Shown: piece by piece, positions 1-12,326 of the stretch
How the letters are laid out: each line of letters starts with the position of its first letter
Numbering within the stretch: the stretch's first letter is position 1
Source: Octopus bimaculoides
Taxonomy: Eukaryota
Direction of reading: 5' to 3'
NCBI RefSeq assembly: GCF_001194135.2
Contig: NC_068986.1
Coordinates: 62,213,498-62,261,937, forward strand
DNA: 48,440 nucleotides
Program-made: the position numbers and the translations under genes
Notes under the pieces: model-generated
Told to the model about the DNA's origin: nothing
Seen by the model: only the letters and a program-made list of their open reading frames with translations
Databases searched by the model: none

Positions 1-243
1 ACACCTGTAGTTGGAAAAAAGAAATGGAAAAAAGGCACCTGCCCCAAAAGTCAGGGTACCCATGGTTTTTAATGGGGTTTTTCCATGAGCAGCTCTCGAA
101 CTTCTCCTCCTTATTGAGGATCACACGTTGATTTAAAAAAATTTTGTTAGTCTTGTTTACATGCAAAACCCTCACAACAACACACACATTCTTTGTTTTG
201 TCCTGTACTGTCCATAATGTTTTTCTTAATGTAAACCCTTGAT
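1..243 (+). mobile_element. 3' UTR remnant of a Tx1/L1-type LINE
   Basis: 181-243 matches the reverse complement of about 38696-38757, a LINE-like 3' end with AATAAA and an (ATT)n tail. It also resembles the 3' end at 1240-1285. Confidence 0.5.
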
Positions 244-1292
244 GCGTAGACATGCGCTGAGGTTGAGGCATCTGTGGCTCTACCTGGATGGTGAACGGGT
301 GTGGTCTCCGCTGGCGAAACAGATGTTTCCCAGGTTCACTAGTTTCGGTGGACGGGAAACCTGGTTGTATCGTAGATCGAAGTTGGGTACGTGGTTTACG
401 GAGTGTCACAAGTCACTCCAGCTCTTCCGTCGCTCAGGCAAGGCCTGCGGTAGTGGTTCCACCGCTGCTTTCTATAGCGGGTTTGTAGAGGCGGAATGCG
501 ATGATACCCTGGGGGAGACCCTAGGTTTTGACGATAATCAGCTGGCCAGCTGTTCCGACGTACATTCGGGCCAAGGACCCTGGATAATTTTCAGAAGTCC
601 TTGGCATGGCAGTGTTACCGCGGGCCTTACTTGTTCGGGACAAACTTTCAAGGCACGGAGGCCTGGACACTCCGATCTGTCCAAGATGCAGGCGAGACAG
701 GGAAACCGTCCCACACGCGATTTTTCAGTGTCCGGAGGTGTCAGATGTGTGGGTTTTCGCCAAACAACTGTTGTAAGTGGAAGAAGAGTACAGCTGTCGA
801 CTGAATCTATAGTAAAAATTAACCTGCCAGATTTCTTAACGAAAGAAGGTAAGAATTGTTTTCTCTCTGTAGTAGCAATTGCAAAACAGGTAGTATGGAA
901 GACAAGAATGAGAGGGTTGATGACAGGCAACTTCATCTCTGGCCCTGATCTGGTGAATTTTTTCATATTTCACCTCAGAAGACAAATAGGGCTGGAGAGG
1001 AGATGCCTGAGTAAGAAAGTGTTTGATGAATGTTGCCTATAAAAGGTCCCTCGTGAATGCGACATAGGCTAAAAACCCAGGTCGGTAGTGAGGTGGGGTT
1101 CGTGGGGTCCGTACTAAGCTCGCCCCCACTCCATCTGTAAAACGTCTCCTGTGCATGTCTAATCACCCGCCTACTATATAATCATGTAAAATTTTTAATG
1201 ACCCCAATTCGCTCCTTTATGTTAAATCATTCAATGATTGTGTTGTCCCCATCTATGTAATCCTTTATGGATAATAAAAAAAATCAATAAAT
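239..1292 (+). mobile_element. 5'-truncated L1/Tx1-clade LINE: ORF2 C-terminus (frameshifted), 3' UTR and A-rich end
   Basis: Across frames: SLAWQCYR(G)ALLVRDKLSRHG...ICPRCRRDRETVPHAIFQCPEVSDVW (CCHC zf-RVT motif, 678-731) and VAIAKQVVWKTR. Stop at 1040-1042; AATAAA and A-run at about 1272-1292. Confidence 0.8.
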
Positions 1293-1516
1293 TTTTTCAT
1301 AATTGGATGGATTATTGAACGCGTCGTATTTGGATTTTGTGAGTAGTTGTATTGTTTGGTTTGCATTTTGTTGTTGAAATTTATTTAACTATTATTGTTG
1401 AACTTTGTCTGTTTTTGTAACAGACGTAAAAACTGTTATTCCCCTCCGTAAGGGAGGGATAATTATTTGTGCATACACACAAAAAAAAATTCTGTTTGAA
1501 AATAATTATGAATATT

Positions 1517-1651
1517 GAAGACTCGTCTTGAACCAGTGAAAAAATAATGAGTGTAACTACTGAAGATTCGTCTTCAACCAGTGGAAAAATAAAGAGTGTA
1601 ACTATTGAAGCTTCATCTTCAACCAGTGGGAAAATAATGAATGCAAATGAA
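1517..1651 (+). repeat. Three tandem 45-bp units
   Basis: Units start at 1517, 1562 and 1607; consensus GAAGA(C/T)TCGTCTTCAACCAGTGGAAAAATAATGAGTGTAACTA(C/T)T. Confidence 0.85.
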
Positions 1652-2254
1652 AAAAAAAACAGGAAAATCTGGTATTTTAATATGTCCTTCTAATGTTTTA
1701 TCATATCAAACTTTTCGCTATACCTCTGTATTGTAACTTGTAAATTTTAATTTCATAATATCATATAGTGTGAATTTATAATTCACTGTGGGTTATTTCA
1801 TATTGATTTCTTCATATCTATTTATGTATCTATACATGTATTATATATTTATATATTTTTAAATGCCAACGTTTTTTTTTATATATTTACGTGTTCGTGT
1901 GTCTATTTATGATTTTATACTTGTATTATTTGGAACGTTTATATTGTTCTATTAATGTGGGAGAATACACACATATATATTGAATCTTATGCTGGATAAT
2001 TGGTCATGTTCCTGTAGTTTTCCGCTTACTTTGCCTCCATTCGAATTATAAAAGAAATTTAGCTCAATTTGAGCACTACAACTCTAGTCTGTTTGTGAGT
2101 ATTGTTTATGTTAGCAATCTCTATATAAAGCAATATATTTTATATGTATATATACATATATATGTATATATATATAAATATATATAAACTGTCATACTCA
2201 AATTCATAATGTTACACTCTAATTGTATACATAAGACAACACAATATAGTCATA

Positions 2255-4131
2255 TGCAATACATATTGCCCACCGGGTGCTCCAATCTACATAGGCAAGT
2301 TTGAAGATGCCTCACAAGAATTAAAGAAATCTTCATGAAACTGGAACACCACGGGACCGTATTTATTATGGGTGATTTCAACTTCTCCAACGTCAAATGG
2401 CCCGAAGCCCTCATGCTCTCAGGAATGACTCATTGCAAACAAGCACAGGTGGAGTCCTTGCTCAACCTCACCAATGCCCTATTCATGGAGTGAGCTGTAC
2501 TCAGACCAACTAGGGTGAATAACATTTTGGATTTCTGCTTCACGAACAATATGGACATCGTTCATGATGTGAAAGTGACGCCGACATTAGTCTCGGATCA
2601 CAACATAATAGAGCTGTCTATGTTTGGGCCGAAAGTAGCCAGAGACATACAACCCAAGGGAAGCACCCGAAATCTATCCAATCTGAACTTCCACAAAGCA
2701 GACTGGAAATCGATCCAAAAAGATATCCTAAGATAGGACTGGCCAAAATGTCTCTCCACACCAGACATTGGCATGAAACTAGAATATTTCATGTCTGTTG
2801 TGCAAGCCATATGCCAGAAATATGTCCCAGAGCACAAGGCCAAAACAAATAGGAACAAGATTCCAAGGGAGAGGAAGATCCTCATGAGAAAACGGACAAA
2901 GGCTGCAAATCACATCAACCAACACCCCAAAAGTAGCGAAAGGCCCTGCCTAAAAACAACATTGATAGAAACTGAAAAAAGCCTGCAACAATCCTATGTG
3001 AGGGAGAGAGCAGACAAAGAAGCCTGGGTTATAAAAAAAACATTAAGTCAAACCCAAAGGCCTTTCATTATGCGAAAATACAGCATCAGTACGTTGCAAA
3101 ATAAGACCTCTCTTCCAAAAGGATGGCTCCCTCACAGATAGTCCAACTAGGATCAGTGAGGTACTAAAGTGTCTTTACCGCCCCGTTGGAACACAGACAA
3201 GTGAACAAACCAGTGGACTTCTTTGCCTCTTCACCTCTAACCAGCGAGGCAGTTACGATGGAATGCATCGACATTAGCAAAGAAGATATACCAATAGCCA
3301 TAGTTAAAGTGGACGCAAACTCAACTGCTGGTCCTGATGGTTTCCCAGCAATCCTCCTCAAATCATGTAAGCGTGCCCTGGCAAAACCCCTCCAGAGCTT
3401 TCTTGCAAATGGCAGACTGCCAAGCAAGCTGAAGGAGGGAATAATATGCTCAATCCATAAAGGGGGAAGCAGAGCAGATGCCAAAATCTTACAGGATACA
3501 CTGATCCACAGGGAATTACAATCCCAGAGCCTAAATCAGTGAGGAACCTGGGTATCGACATGAGTGATGATATCTATTTCCAAGTGCACATTACCGGGAT
3601 GGCGACAAAGTGTAGACAACTGGCTGGCTGGATCCTGAGAACATTCAGAACCAGAGATAAAGAAACCATGATGGTCCTCTGTAGGACATTCGTCCTCAGC
3701 CACCTGGATTTCTGCTCCCAGCTATGGTCACCCAACAGTGTAAAATTAACAGCGGACCTTGAAGCAATCCGCAAAGAAGATCATCTCTTTGCAACAGCTC
3801 AGCTACTGGGAAAGGCTGAAACAGCTAAGACTCTAATGCCTGAAGCGAAGGTGGGAGAGGTATGCAGTAATATACATCCGGAAGATCCTGGAAGGAATTG
3901 TGCCAAATTTTGGCATTCAAAGCTACACCATTGCCAGAACGGATCGACACTGCACAGAGCCAAAGATCCCAGCAATGCCACAGTTACTGGGTTTCAGAGG
4001 CCCAGAGCTTTTTAATATTCTCTCAAAGAGGCTGAGGAACCTGCACAAAGTAGATGTAGGCATTTTAAAATCAAGGCTGGGCTTCTTCCTGTCGAGAGTC
4101 CCAGATGAACCTACCTCACGGCAAGAGGTGC
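2255..4131 (+). mobile_element. Decayed CR1/L2-group LINE with the RT core deleted
   Basis: Endonuclease-end motifs LDFCFTN and SDHNIIE; GPDGFPAILLKSCKRALAKPL; then a jump at about 3490-3540 to RNLGIDMSDD, FRTRD...LSHLDFCSQLWSP and FRGPELFN. Ends at the gap. Confidence 0.8.
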
Positions 4132-4231
4132 NNNNNNNNNNNNNNNNNNNNNNNNNNNNNNNNNNNNNNNNNNNNNNNNNNNNNNNNNNNNNNNNNNNNN
4201 NNNNNNNNNNNNNNNNNNNNNNNNNNNNNNN
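4132..4231. other. Assembly gap (100 N), followed by (TA)n
   Basis: Run of N. Confidence 1.
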
Positions 4232-4250
4232 TATATATATATATATATAA

Positions 4251-5330
4251 AGAAAGAAATGGAGTTATTCAAATCTTTATGCTTCTGACATATGTTTCGA
4301 AGAAACCGTTGGTATTATTCCAGAGGGAATAAAATGATGTAAAACAATGTGATGTTCTTATCACAGAAAAAAAGTGAAACAACATAAGTAAGCCATTTAA
4401 ATTGGATCTGATGACTGCATATATGATGAAGGGAACGCTGGTAAGTTATTTTTTTAAAAAACCATTAATAGATTTAACATCAAATGCATTTTAGTGAAAG
4501 AGAAGGAGGAGAAAGAAAGAAAATAGCAGAAAACCAAGAGTGGAGAAATGTAGTGTGTTAGATGAAAGGGAATAAAGCTTAAAGGCGTGGAAATAGATAT
4601 ATTTAGTGGAAATGAAATGTATGACGACAGTTAAAGGTCGAATTGCATACATTGGTAGAAATTACTTATAGGAGCTAAAGGTGTTTTTTGCCAATGTTTG
4701 CAACAATAAACACATTCTTTAAACGTGTTTACAAGAGAATTCTCTGAGAACAGGATGAGGTAGAGGTCATCGATACAGAGCAGACAAGATTTACCTTTAT
4801 CATATGGGAATGACCAAGATAGAATATTCAATTCCAAATCAAATTGTTTATTATGTTCCTTCAGAGACCAAATTAATTTACCAATTAATGTCAATAGGGT
4901 TAATATAAGTAGTTTTTTCCTTATAGCCTGCAGAGTTATAAAATTCGGCATTTTCGTTGAAGATGTCAACATTGGCAGATAACCTAGAATGTCTAAGTGA
5001 AATATTTCTAACTAAATTCCTTGTAATAGCCTTTGAGTGATTACTGAAAGAGCTAATATATTCTAAATTAGTTGAGGGTTTATAGTATGGGAAATATGAA
5101 TCATTATATAAGCTAAGGGTAATATCCAAAAAGTTGGGTTTAGTTATATCATCGTCGAAAACAATGCTTAAGCCCATGTTTCGGAAAAATTTAACCAACC
5201 TATTTTTAACCCCTTGTAATTTTTGGTTAGAAACAGTTTGAAGGTAGAGTAAACAATCGTCTGTAAAATATAAAATCTATTTCTAAGTTCTATTTCCCCT
5301 TTGCTAAACAAAAATCAGCTACAGATAACC
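4251..5330 (-). mobile_element. Penelope-like element fragment (RT C-terminus, GIY-YIG end, terminal repeat region)
   Basis: NFLDITLSL...PYYKPSTNLEYISSFSNHSKAITRNL...R.SRLS and ILSWSFPYDKGKSCLLC...LILF are typical PLE motifs. Internally deleted, with stops. Confidence 0.72.
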
Positions 5331-5365
5331 AAATTGGCTATCTGTGGATTAAAATAGATCATATA

Positions 5366-6584
5366 TCAGGTCATTAAGAATGAAATGTCCAATTTTGAAC
5401 TGAAAGTTTATTTTACTCAACAAAAAGTAAGTATGCACCTAGATTATCAACACAATTTTGCCATTTTACCAGCAACTTATTTATGCTGGCAGTGAAGAAT
5501 TCCAGAGAGCAAGAGGTGATGAAATCATGAAAGGCTGTTTTTGCATCTTCTTCAGATTTGAAGTCCTTTCCTTGCAAAAAGTCGTCTTACGCCCGGAAAA
5601 CGTGATAGTCAGTAGGTGCAAGGTCTGAGGAATATGGTGGACGACAGAGTACTTTCCAAGTTCAGTTCCTGTAACTCGAGTAACATTCTTTGTGCAGCAT
5701 GTGGTCTTGCACGAGAATTAGCCTGTCTCTATTGACCAATTTCGGTTGTTTAATTGCAAGTTCACTCATCATTTCATCCAATTGGTTGATGTATACATCT
5801 GCTGTAATTGACTTAACCAGGTCTCATGAAGCTGTTGTGGTTGATACCAGCACTGGACCATCAAGCAGACACCATTAGCTTTTTTTGGTGAATATTCTTT
5901 TTTGGTTTGTGTTTTGGCACTTTATCTCTATCCAACCTCTGTGCAGAACGCTTGCTATTGTTGAAAAAAATCCATTTTTCATCACACTTAACAACACAAT
6001 GCAAAAATGGTTCACAGCAAAGAACAGCAAGTTTCAAGATGATGTGTCATTTCATGCTCATTCAGTTCATGTTTTACTCACTTATCCAGGTTCTTTACCT
6101 TGCCGATTTGTTTCAGATGGTCCAATACAGTTGGAATTGAAACATCAAACCTTGTTGCTGGCTCATACATAGTTTGAGATGTATCCGCTTCCACTACAGT
6201 TTCCAGCTCCATCATTATCCACGGGGCTGATTTTCAAAAGTAAAGTCACCAGACCGGAACTTTTCAAACCATCGACATACAATGCGCTCATTCGCCACAT
6301 CTTCAACAAGCACCTCATTGATGTTTTGAGCTGTCTGGGATGTATTAGTTCCATATGGAACTCATATTTATAAACCACATGAATTTTTTATCTATCCATG
6401 GGTTCACAAAAATTTATTTACAAGAGAAAACTTACAATATCATAAGACACCATCAATTGCATTTCGAAAGTGATGTAGCTCTTCAATGTTGTAAAACAAA
6501 GAATTGTCAGGATAAAACATTAGAGTTAACGATTGTCAAACTTAGTGCATAAGAAAATCGGACATTTTATTGTTAATGACCTGA
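5366..6584 (-). mobile_element. Mariner transposon, both TIRs present, decayed transposase
   Basis: TIR TCAGGTCATTAAGAATGAAATGTCCAATTTT at the left, imperfect complement at 6554-6584, TA on both flanks. Minus strand encodes PPYSSDLAPTDYHVFRA. Confidence 0.85.
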
Positions 6585-6659
6585 TACTAAAGATTCATCA
6601 CAAATATACACATTCTTGAGTCAACAGTGCATCTTCCCAACCTATAGTTAACAAAATAA

Positions 6660-8230
6660 TATATGAGCCAAATGAATTCTTTAATCCCCAGAACTCAACT
6701 TACAGCTAATGACTTAGATTCAAGCTCAGCATCTGGATCAGATGGTTTCCCAGCCATACTGCTAAAAATGTGCAAAAAGAGCCTCATGAAACCATTAAAG
6801 ATGCTATTTCAAAAATTGCTAGATACCAGGGAATTCCCAGAACTATCAAAAGGCACAATAGTAATACCTCTACACAAAGGAAGGTAGCAGGGCTGAAGCT
6901 AAAAATTACAAACCCGTTTCTCTCACATCTCACGCATTTAAAATTATCAAACGCATTGTCTGAAATAGCATTAGTACATGCCTTGTGTAAAACAACCTTG
7001 TAGATGATATACAGCATGATTTTTGAACTGGACAAAGTTGCCTTTCACAACTATTACAGTACTGTAACACTATTCTTAATAATGTGCTTGAGAGGAAAGG
7101 ACATTAACTATATATACATTGATTTTGTTAAGGTGTTCAACAAGATTGTTCATAGAATCATCTGTCATAAGTTAAGGAATCTTGGTATCTCAGGAAAACT
7201 CAGAGAATGGCTCTTTGACTTCTTACATGGTAGGAGCCAATCTGTTGCTGGAAATGGTTTTCTCTCTGTGAAGTCACCTGTAATAAGTGGTATGCCTCAG
7301 GGAACGGTTCTTAGACTATAATTATTTATTATCAACCTATCACATGTGCACTCATCCAAAATAACGAGTTACACCGATGATGCAAAGACATCCATGGCTA
7401 TCCAAACTCCAGAAGATACTGTCACGCTCCAAAATGAGCTAAACCTCCTTCATCAATAGGGGGATTAAAACAATATGAAATCTAATACATCAAAATTTCA
7501 GGTTGTTTGTTACAGAGGGAGTACACACAAATCACAAAATTTGATGCCAGAATGATTCAGAGCGCTAATGACATACTGGATTTAGGAGTAATCATGTCAA
7601 ATGATGCAGCTTTCATCAGGCACATCACCAAACTGATATTTAAATGCAGACGACTCATAGGATGGATTCTGCAAACCTTTGTGACAAGAGAACCTGTAGC
7701 TAGCCTAACTCTATGGAAAACTGGAGTTCTGAACAGGTTAGATTACTGGTCACAACTTTGGTCTCCTAATTCATCCAGTCTCATAGAAGAAATTTAAGGG
7801 TTACAATGAATGTTTACCAGTAAAATATCTTTGGTTAAAAGCCTTAACTACTGGGAATATTTGAAAGCATTGCGCCTCTACTATCTTGAATGCTGAAGAG
7901 AGAGAGATATGCTATCAGATATGTATGGAAAATCATGTTCCAAAATTCAGCATTAGAGAGAATTTTAATGCATGAACTGTTAGATTCCAAATCACAAGCA
8001 AAAACACTTTATTGTACCAATCTATTAAGAGGTCCTCAACTGTTCAACTGCCTGCCTAAAGTAATCAGAAATATAAAAGGAATTTCTACTGAAACATTAA
8101 TAAAAAAAACACTGATTAACTCCTAACAATAATACCGAACCAGTTAGCAATTCAAGGATGCACTCAGGGGAGATCAGCTGCTCCCAACTCAATCATAGAC
8201 TAACTTCCAGTCATAAAGTAACAACAAAGC
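6660..8230 (+). mobile_element. Decayed CR1/L2-group LINE ORF2 (similar to 2255-4131, RT core retained)
   Basis: GSDGFPAILLKMCKKSLMKPL, YIDFVKVFNKIVH, SGMPQGTVL, YTDD, LDLGVIMSND, RLDYWSQLWSP and RGPQLFNCLP, spread over frameshifts. Confidence 0.82.
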
Positions 8231-8284
8231 TGAGAAAAAATAAATTAAAGTGGTGCTTCACCATGGCTGCAGGCCTACGACCGA

Positions 8285-8445
8285 AGCCTTCCAACTACAT
8301 GGATCCAGGTTCAGTCCCGCTGGGTGGCACATTAGGCAAGTTTCTTCTACTTATAGCCTTGGGTCGACCAAAGCTTTGTCAGTGAATTTGGTAGATGGAA
8401 ATGAAGCCTGCCGTATGTGCATGTGTACACACACACACACACATA
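8285..8445 (+). mobile_element. tRNA-derived SINE, ending in a (CA)n tract
   Basis: B-box-like GGTTCAGTCCC at 8307, followed by a body resembling a common octopus SINE as recalled. Confidence 0.6.
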
Positions 8446-8608
8446 TTTTTAAAAAAACTGCATCTAATGACAATGTAATAATGTACTATAAGTGCTTAGG
8501 TTGGTTTACCACTAAAATTCTAGCTTGAACAGCATCTGAAACGGTGTTGTTGAAGCAGCCTATCAAAGATGGCTATAAGTGGTTCATCATTGAGCTGGTT
8601 GATATATA

Positions 8609-9793
8609 TTAGGTTGTTTCGCATGAAATGTCGTATTTGAAAGGTTACAATAAAATATTTCAGAAGTGTTAGAGAAATGATTTATTTAATCAAGGTATGA
8701 ACCATGTTCATTTATGACGTTTACCCAATGTTTCTCTTTGTCATATATTCCATCTTTAAAAAAAAAATTCATCTCTTGCTGTGATAAACTGTCCAAAAGC
8801 TTCAATTACCTCTTCTCTATTTAAGAATGTTTTATTGAAGTGATGATCAGTAGGAGAGATATCAGGGGAATAGGGAGGATGTTGCAAAATCTCATAATTC
8901 AGGCTTTGCAACTTTTGAACCATAGCTTGAGGAGTGTGAGGATGTGCATTGTTGTGGAGCAAAATTAGGCCATCTCTATTCACTAGTCTGGGTTGTTTCT
9001 TTTTCAAATTCTCATGCATACAATGAATTTCCTGGCAATACGATGTTGCTGTTACCTTTCTTCCTTGTTACAAAAATGAATAATGAATAACTCACTTCAC
9101 AGAACACCATACAGTGACCACTAACATTTTTTTAGGGTACAATGGTAGGTTTGGGTAGCATTTATGTGACTCTCCTGCATCTAATCACTGTCCTTTTCTC
9201 CTGCTGTTGTCACAAGTAATGATTTGATGCAAAAATGGTCTTTTTACAGTCAAGAAAGCAATAAGGAGCACACTTCAAAGCATGTTTTTTTGAATCTCAT
9301 TCAGTTGACGTGGAACAAATCTGTTTTCTTGACTTTTCCAATTTTTTACAGATGTCCAAAAACAGTTGTGTGAGATGTTTGGAGTTCTGATGAAAGTTTT
9401 CGAACCTTCGTTCTTGGATTTTGTTCAACCAAAGCATTTAATCCATCATGCCAAATAACTGATTTTGGCCTACCCCTTGGTTTATTTTCAAGGCTATCAT
9501 CTCCTGAACAAGAGCTTTGGAACCATCTCTGAACAGTTCTGATGTCAACAAAGGCATTACCAAAGGCCCGCTTGATATTCTGTAGAGCTTTTGTGGCAGA
9601 GTGACCCAGTTTGAACTCATACAAGAAAATCACTCAACATAGTTTGGTTGTTATCATTTTCTTAAGGTCTGTGGGTATGAATCTTGTATAGAAAAAAAAA
9701 ATCAAGATTAAATGCAAGGTATACATAATTGAGTTTTTGAATGACTGAAATAACAAGTAATAAATATGCGACATATCATGTGAAACAACCTAA
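8609..9793 (-). mobile_element. Mariner (cecropia/Hsmar1-like TIR), decayed
   Basis: TA|TTAGGTTGTTTC...GAAACAACCTAA|TA. ORFs give IFLYEFKLGHSA...RTVQRWF...GRP and LLHNNAHPH...HPPYSPDISPTDHHF. Confidence 0.9.
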
Positions 9794-10299
9794 TATTAGA
9801 AAGTGAGGTGAACAAGTAAAATATGTGGTATCACTTTAGAGCATATAATTTATAATCCAGACGTAATTGCAGAATAGTTAAATAGTAAATAAATGATTAA
9901 GAAATAAAACATAAAATTTCTTACAGTTGTTTCTAGAATAGCTGAGCATGTGGATCATATGTCATTGGGCAAAGCTTTCCATGTAAGCCAACTATTCTGT
10001 CTTTGGAGAGAAAGAATTAAGGAATATCTTTAATAAAGAATATTAGTAGTTACCAGTTCATTCAAGAATTAAAGAACACGCTTAGTGAAAGATAATAGTG
10101 ATCAGAGAATTAAGGAAATCCTAAGTAAAAGATAAGAGCAGTTCACAGTTCCATTGTTAAAGGTTCAAGGAATATCCTTAGTAAAAGATAAAAGAAGTTT
10201 CTAGTTCCATCTTTGTAGAGAAAGTTAACATGTGTCACAGGAAACTTTGTAAATCTCATAAAAGAACTTGCCAAAGAATGTGGTGCAGAAATAAGTTAG

Positions 10300-10655
10300 T
10301 GGCCTAAACGACGTGTTAATTTCCTATCTGATACCATACAAAAGGAAGTCTTAGAGGCATATGCTCATAACACTCTACATGAGATCAGAATGAAAGGTTG
10401 AAGATTCCATGTTTATTGGTATTATCTGTGATTGTTCTGGAATGGAACACAAATCAGTTATTGTTATGTTTTTGAAAATTAGGATGTCCAAGATTTTCTC
10501 CTGACTACACTTCAGAGACATTAACTAAGGTTATTCTGGATGTTTTTTTGTTGCCAAAACATTGAGCTGGGCTCAAAATTATGCTGCAACATTGTCTGAC
10601 ACACTGTGCTCTAATGCATGTACATAAAATCTTGTGCAATGAAAAGGGATTTAGA
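10300..10655 (+). mobile_element. hAT transposase fragment (DUF4371/ZMYM1-like), abutting an LTR
   Basis: Manual translation across frameshifts: NFLSDTIQKEVLEAYAHNTLHEI / EDSMFIGIICD...HKSVIV / TSETLTKVILDVFL / AQNY. Confidence 0.5.
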
Positions 10656-10658
10656 CAT

Positions 10659-11270
10659 TGTAGTGGCGCATGTGGCCGCCATTGGCCACCATCTTGGGAA
10701 GTGCCATTGCGCATGTGCAAGGGACTTGCCGTCAGCGGAAGTACCTGAGCACGCATGCGCAATGCAACAGGTGGAGAGAAAGAAATAGCGTTCGACCTCT
10801 TATCCATCCAGCAGCCGTCGTGACAGGACGTTCTTCCAGGCTCTCACAACTCGACCCCGACATGTGGTCGAAGCTTCTTTGGTATTCTAGCGGCATGCCT
10901 ATTCACCCAGAAACGAAACGGCTCTACACCAACCTAGAATAAACTATTGATCTGTTGTTACCGTTATCCCTCGTGTTGTTGTATTTCTGAATTTTAATAA
11001 TTAATATAAGAACTGGGGAGAGATGGCCGAGCCATCATATCTCATCCAGTTCTTATAACTGGTGACCCCTAGTACGAACACGAAATTATCTCTCAAACAA
11101 CTCGTCAAAAATGAAGAGACGACGAAAAAAAAACAACACAAGAGACGAGGAAATGGAACAACTGCAACGGTTTTCTTACCCCAGAGAAAAAATACCATAC
11201 AGCCTGGAAACTGAACCATCAACTACTATGACACGAGCGTATTTCTCCCACTCACGTGTTTTCTTTCAAC
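10659..11270 (+). mobile_element. Gypsy-type LTR with PBS and 5' leader/gag start (remnant)
   Basis: Begins TGTAG at 10659; TGGTGACCCC at 11060-11069 is complementary to the tRNA-Trp 3' end as recalled. No partner LTR in the window, so the boundaries are inferred. Confidence 0.55.
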
Positions 11271-11271
11271 A

Positions 11272-11600
11272 CCAACTGAGGCTGAGAAATCCTGTAGGTT
11301 CCTAATGGGATAGCGATCTGCTATCGTCACGGCATTAAGTCGCCGATAGTCCCCCACCGGGCGAAAATCCGTGTCCCCTTTACGGGCCAAATGAAGAGGA
11401 GATGCCCATGGGCTGGTGGAGGGGGGAATGAGGCGCGAAAAAACGGGTGGTCCAGTCGTCTTGATGTAATGGAGGGTGGAATGCACGGGCTTCGCCGGTT
11501 TGAAAGTGATGTCCACCAGCTCCGGAAAAGACGCTAAGAGAGAATGAAAAACGTCCCCAGCAGTGGCAATAAAAAAATGCTGGGCTAAGAGGGGAAAACA
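11272..11600 (-). mobile_element. Gypsy RT N-terminal fragment, inverted relative to the adjacent LTR
   Basis: FFIATAGDVFHSLLASFPELVDITFKPAKPVHS...GPPVFSR / SPWASPLH...DFRPVGDYRRLNAVT..DRYPI. Closely similar to the ORF at 18729-19247. Confidence 0.85.
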
Positions 11601-12326
11601 TCATCACCAAAACAAGTGAGTACTGAAAAATTTTGGAGTGATTTGAAGCATTACTTTTCCATGTATAATAAAAAAAAAATATTATGTCTGTGTTTGATAT
11701 TAAGATTGAAAAGAAAAACCAGCTTTGTTTGTAAAAAGATTTCGTTCCCAGGCCAATATCCATGTATAATACTTCTTTAAAAGAAAAAGGAAAATAACAA
11801 AGGCAGTGATCTACTGCCACTTTAAAAACTCTAACTTAAATTTTAAAAACAAATAAATTTGGGAATTATTTAACAAAACATTTTAAAGCTCAAACATACA
11901 AAATTTGACGTGAAGTCAAAACTAAAAGGCGGAAGTATGAAAAAAAAACCCCTACTCAATTTAGTAGAGTTTTCTCCCCACTGAATTCATTGGAAATTTG
12001 GAGCTTGACCACTCGCAAGCTTGATAAATGTGTTTTAGATAATATTTTGGCTATTAGTGACACTCACTGGACCAGCAATGGAAATTGATGAGACAAAGGC
12101 TCAGCTATTGGATCACACTACAAAGAGAAATCGAAATGATACACATAAAAAGGAAATTTAAAATATAAAAGACAAAGTAAAATAAAAAGTCGTATTTTTC
12201 CTCTTTTTATCCCGTCCTCTACACTTAAAAAAAGGAAGAGACTATTTTAGATCTGTTTGTTGGTAAGTGAATCATAATTAAAAAAAAATTGTATTCTCGA
12301 TATTCATATTTTCCGTAATACCTTCA

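Noticed and set aside
239-1042. 267-aa ORF as a cellular gene
   Set aside because: A mosaic of in-frame and out-of-frame Tx1/L1 ORF2 sequence; the zinc-finger motif lies in another frame.
4408-4440. CTGATGA on the + strand as a hammerhead core
   Set aside because: No downstream GAAA, stem III or cleavage triplet.
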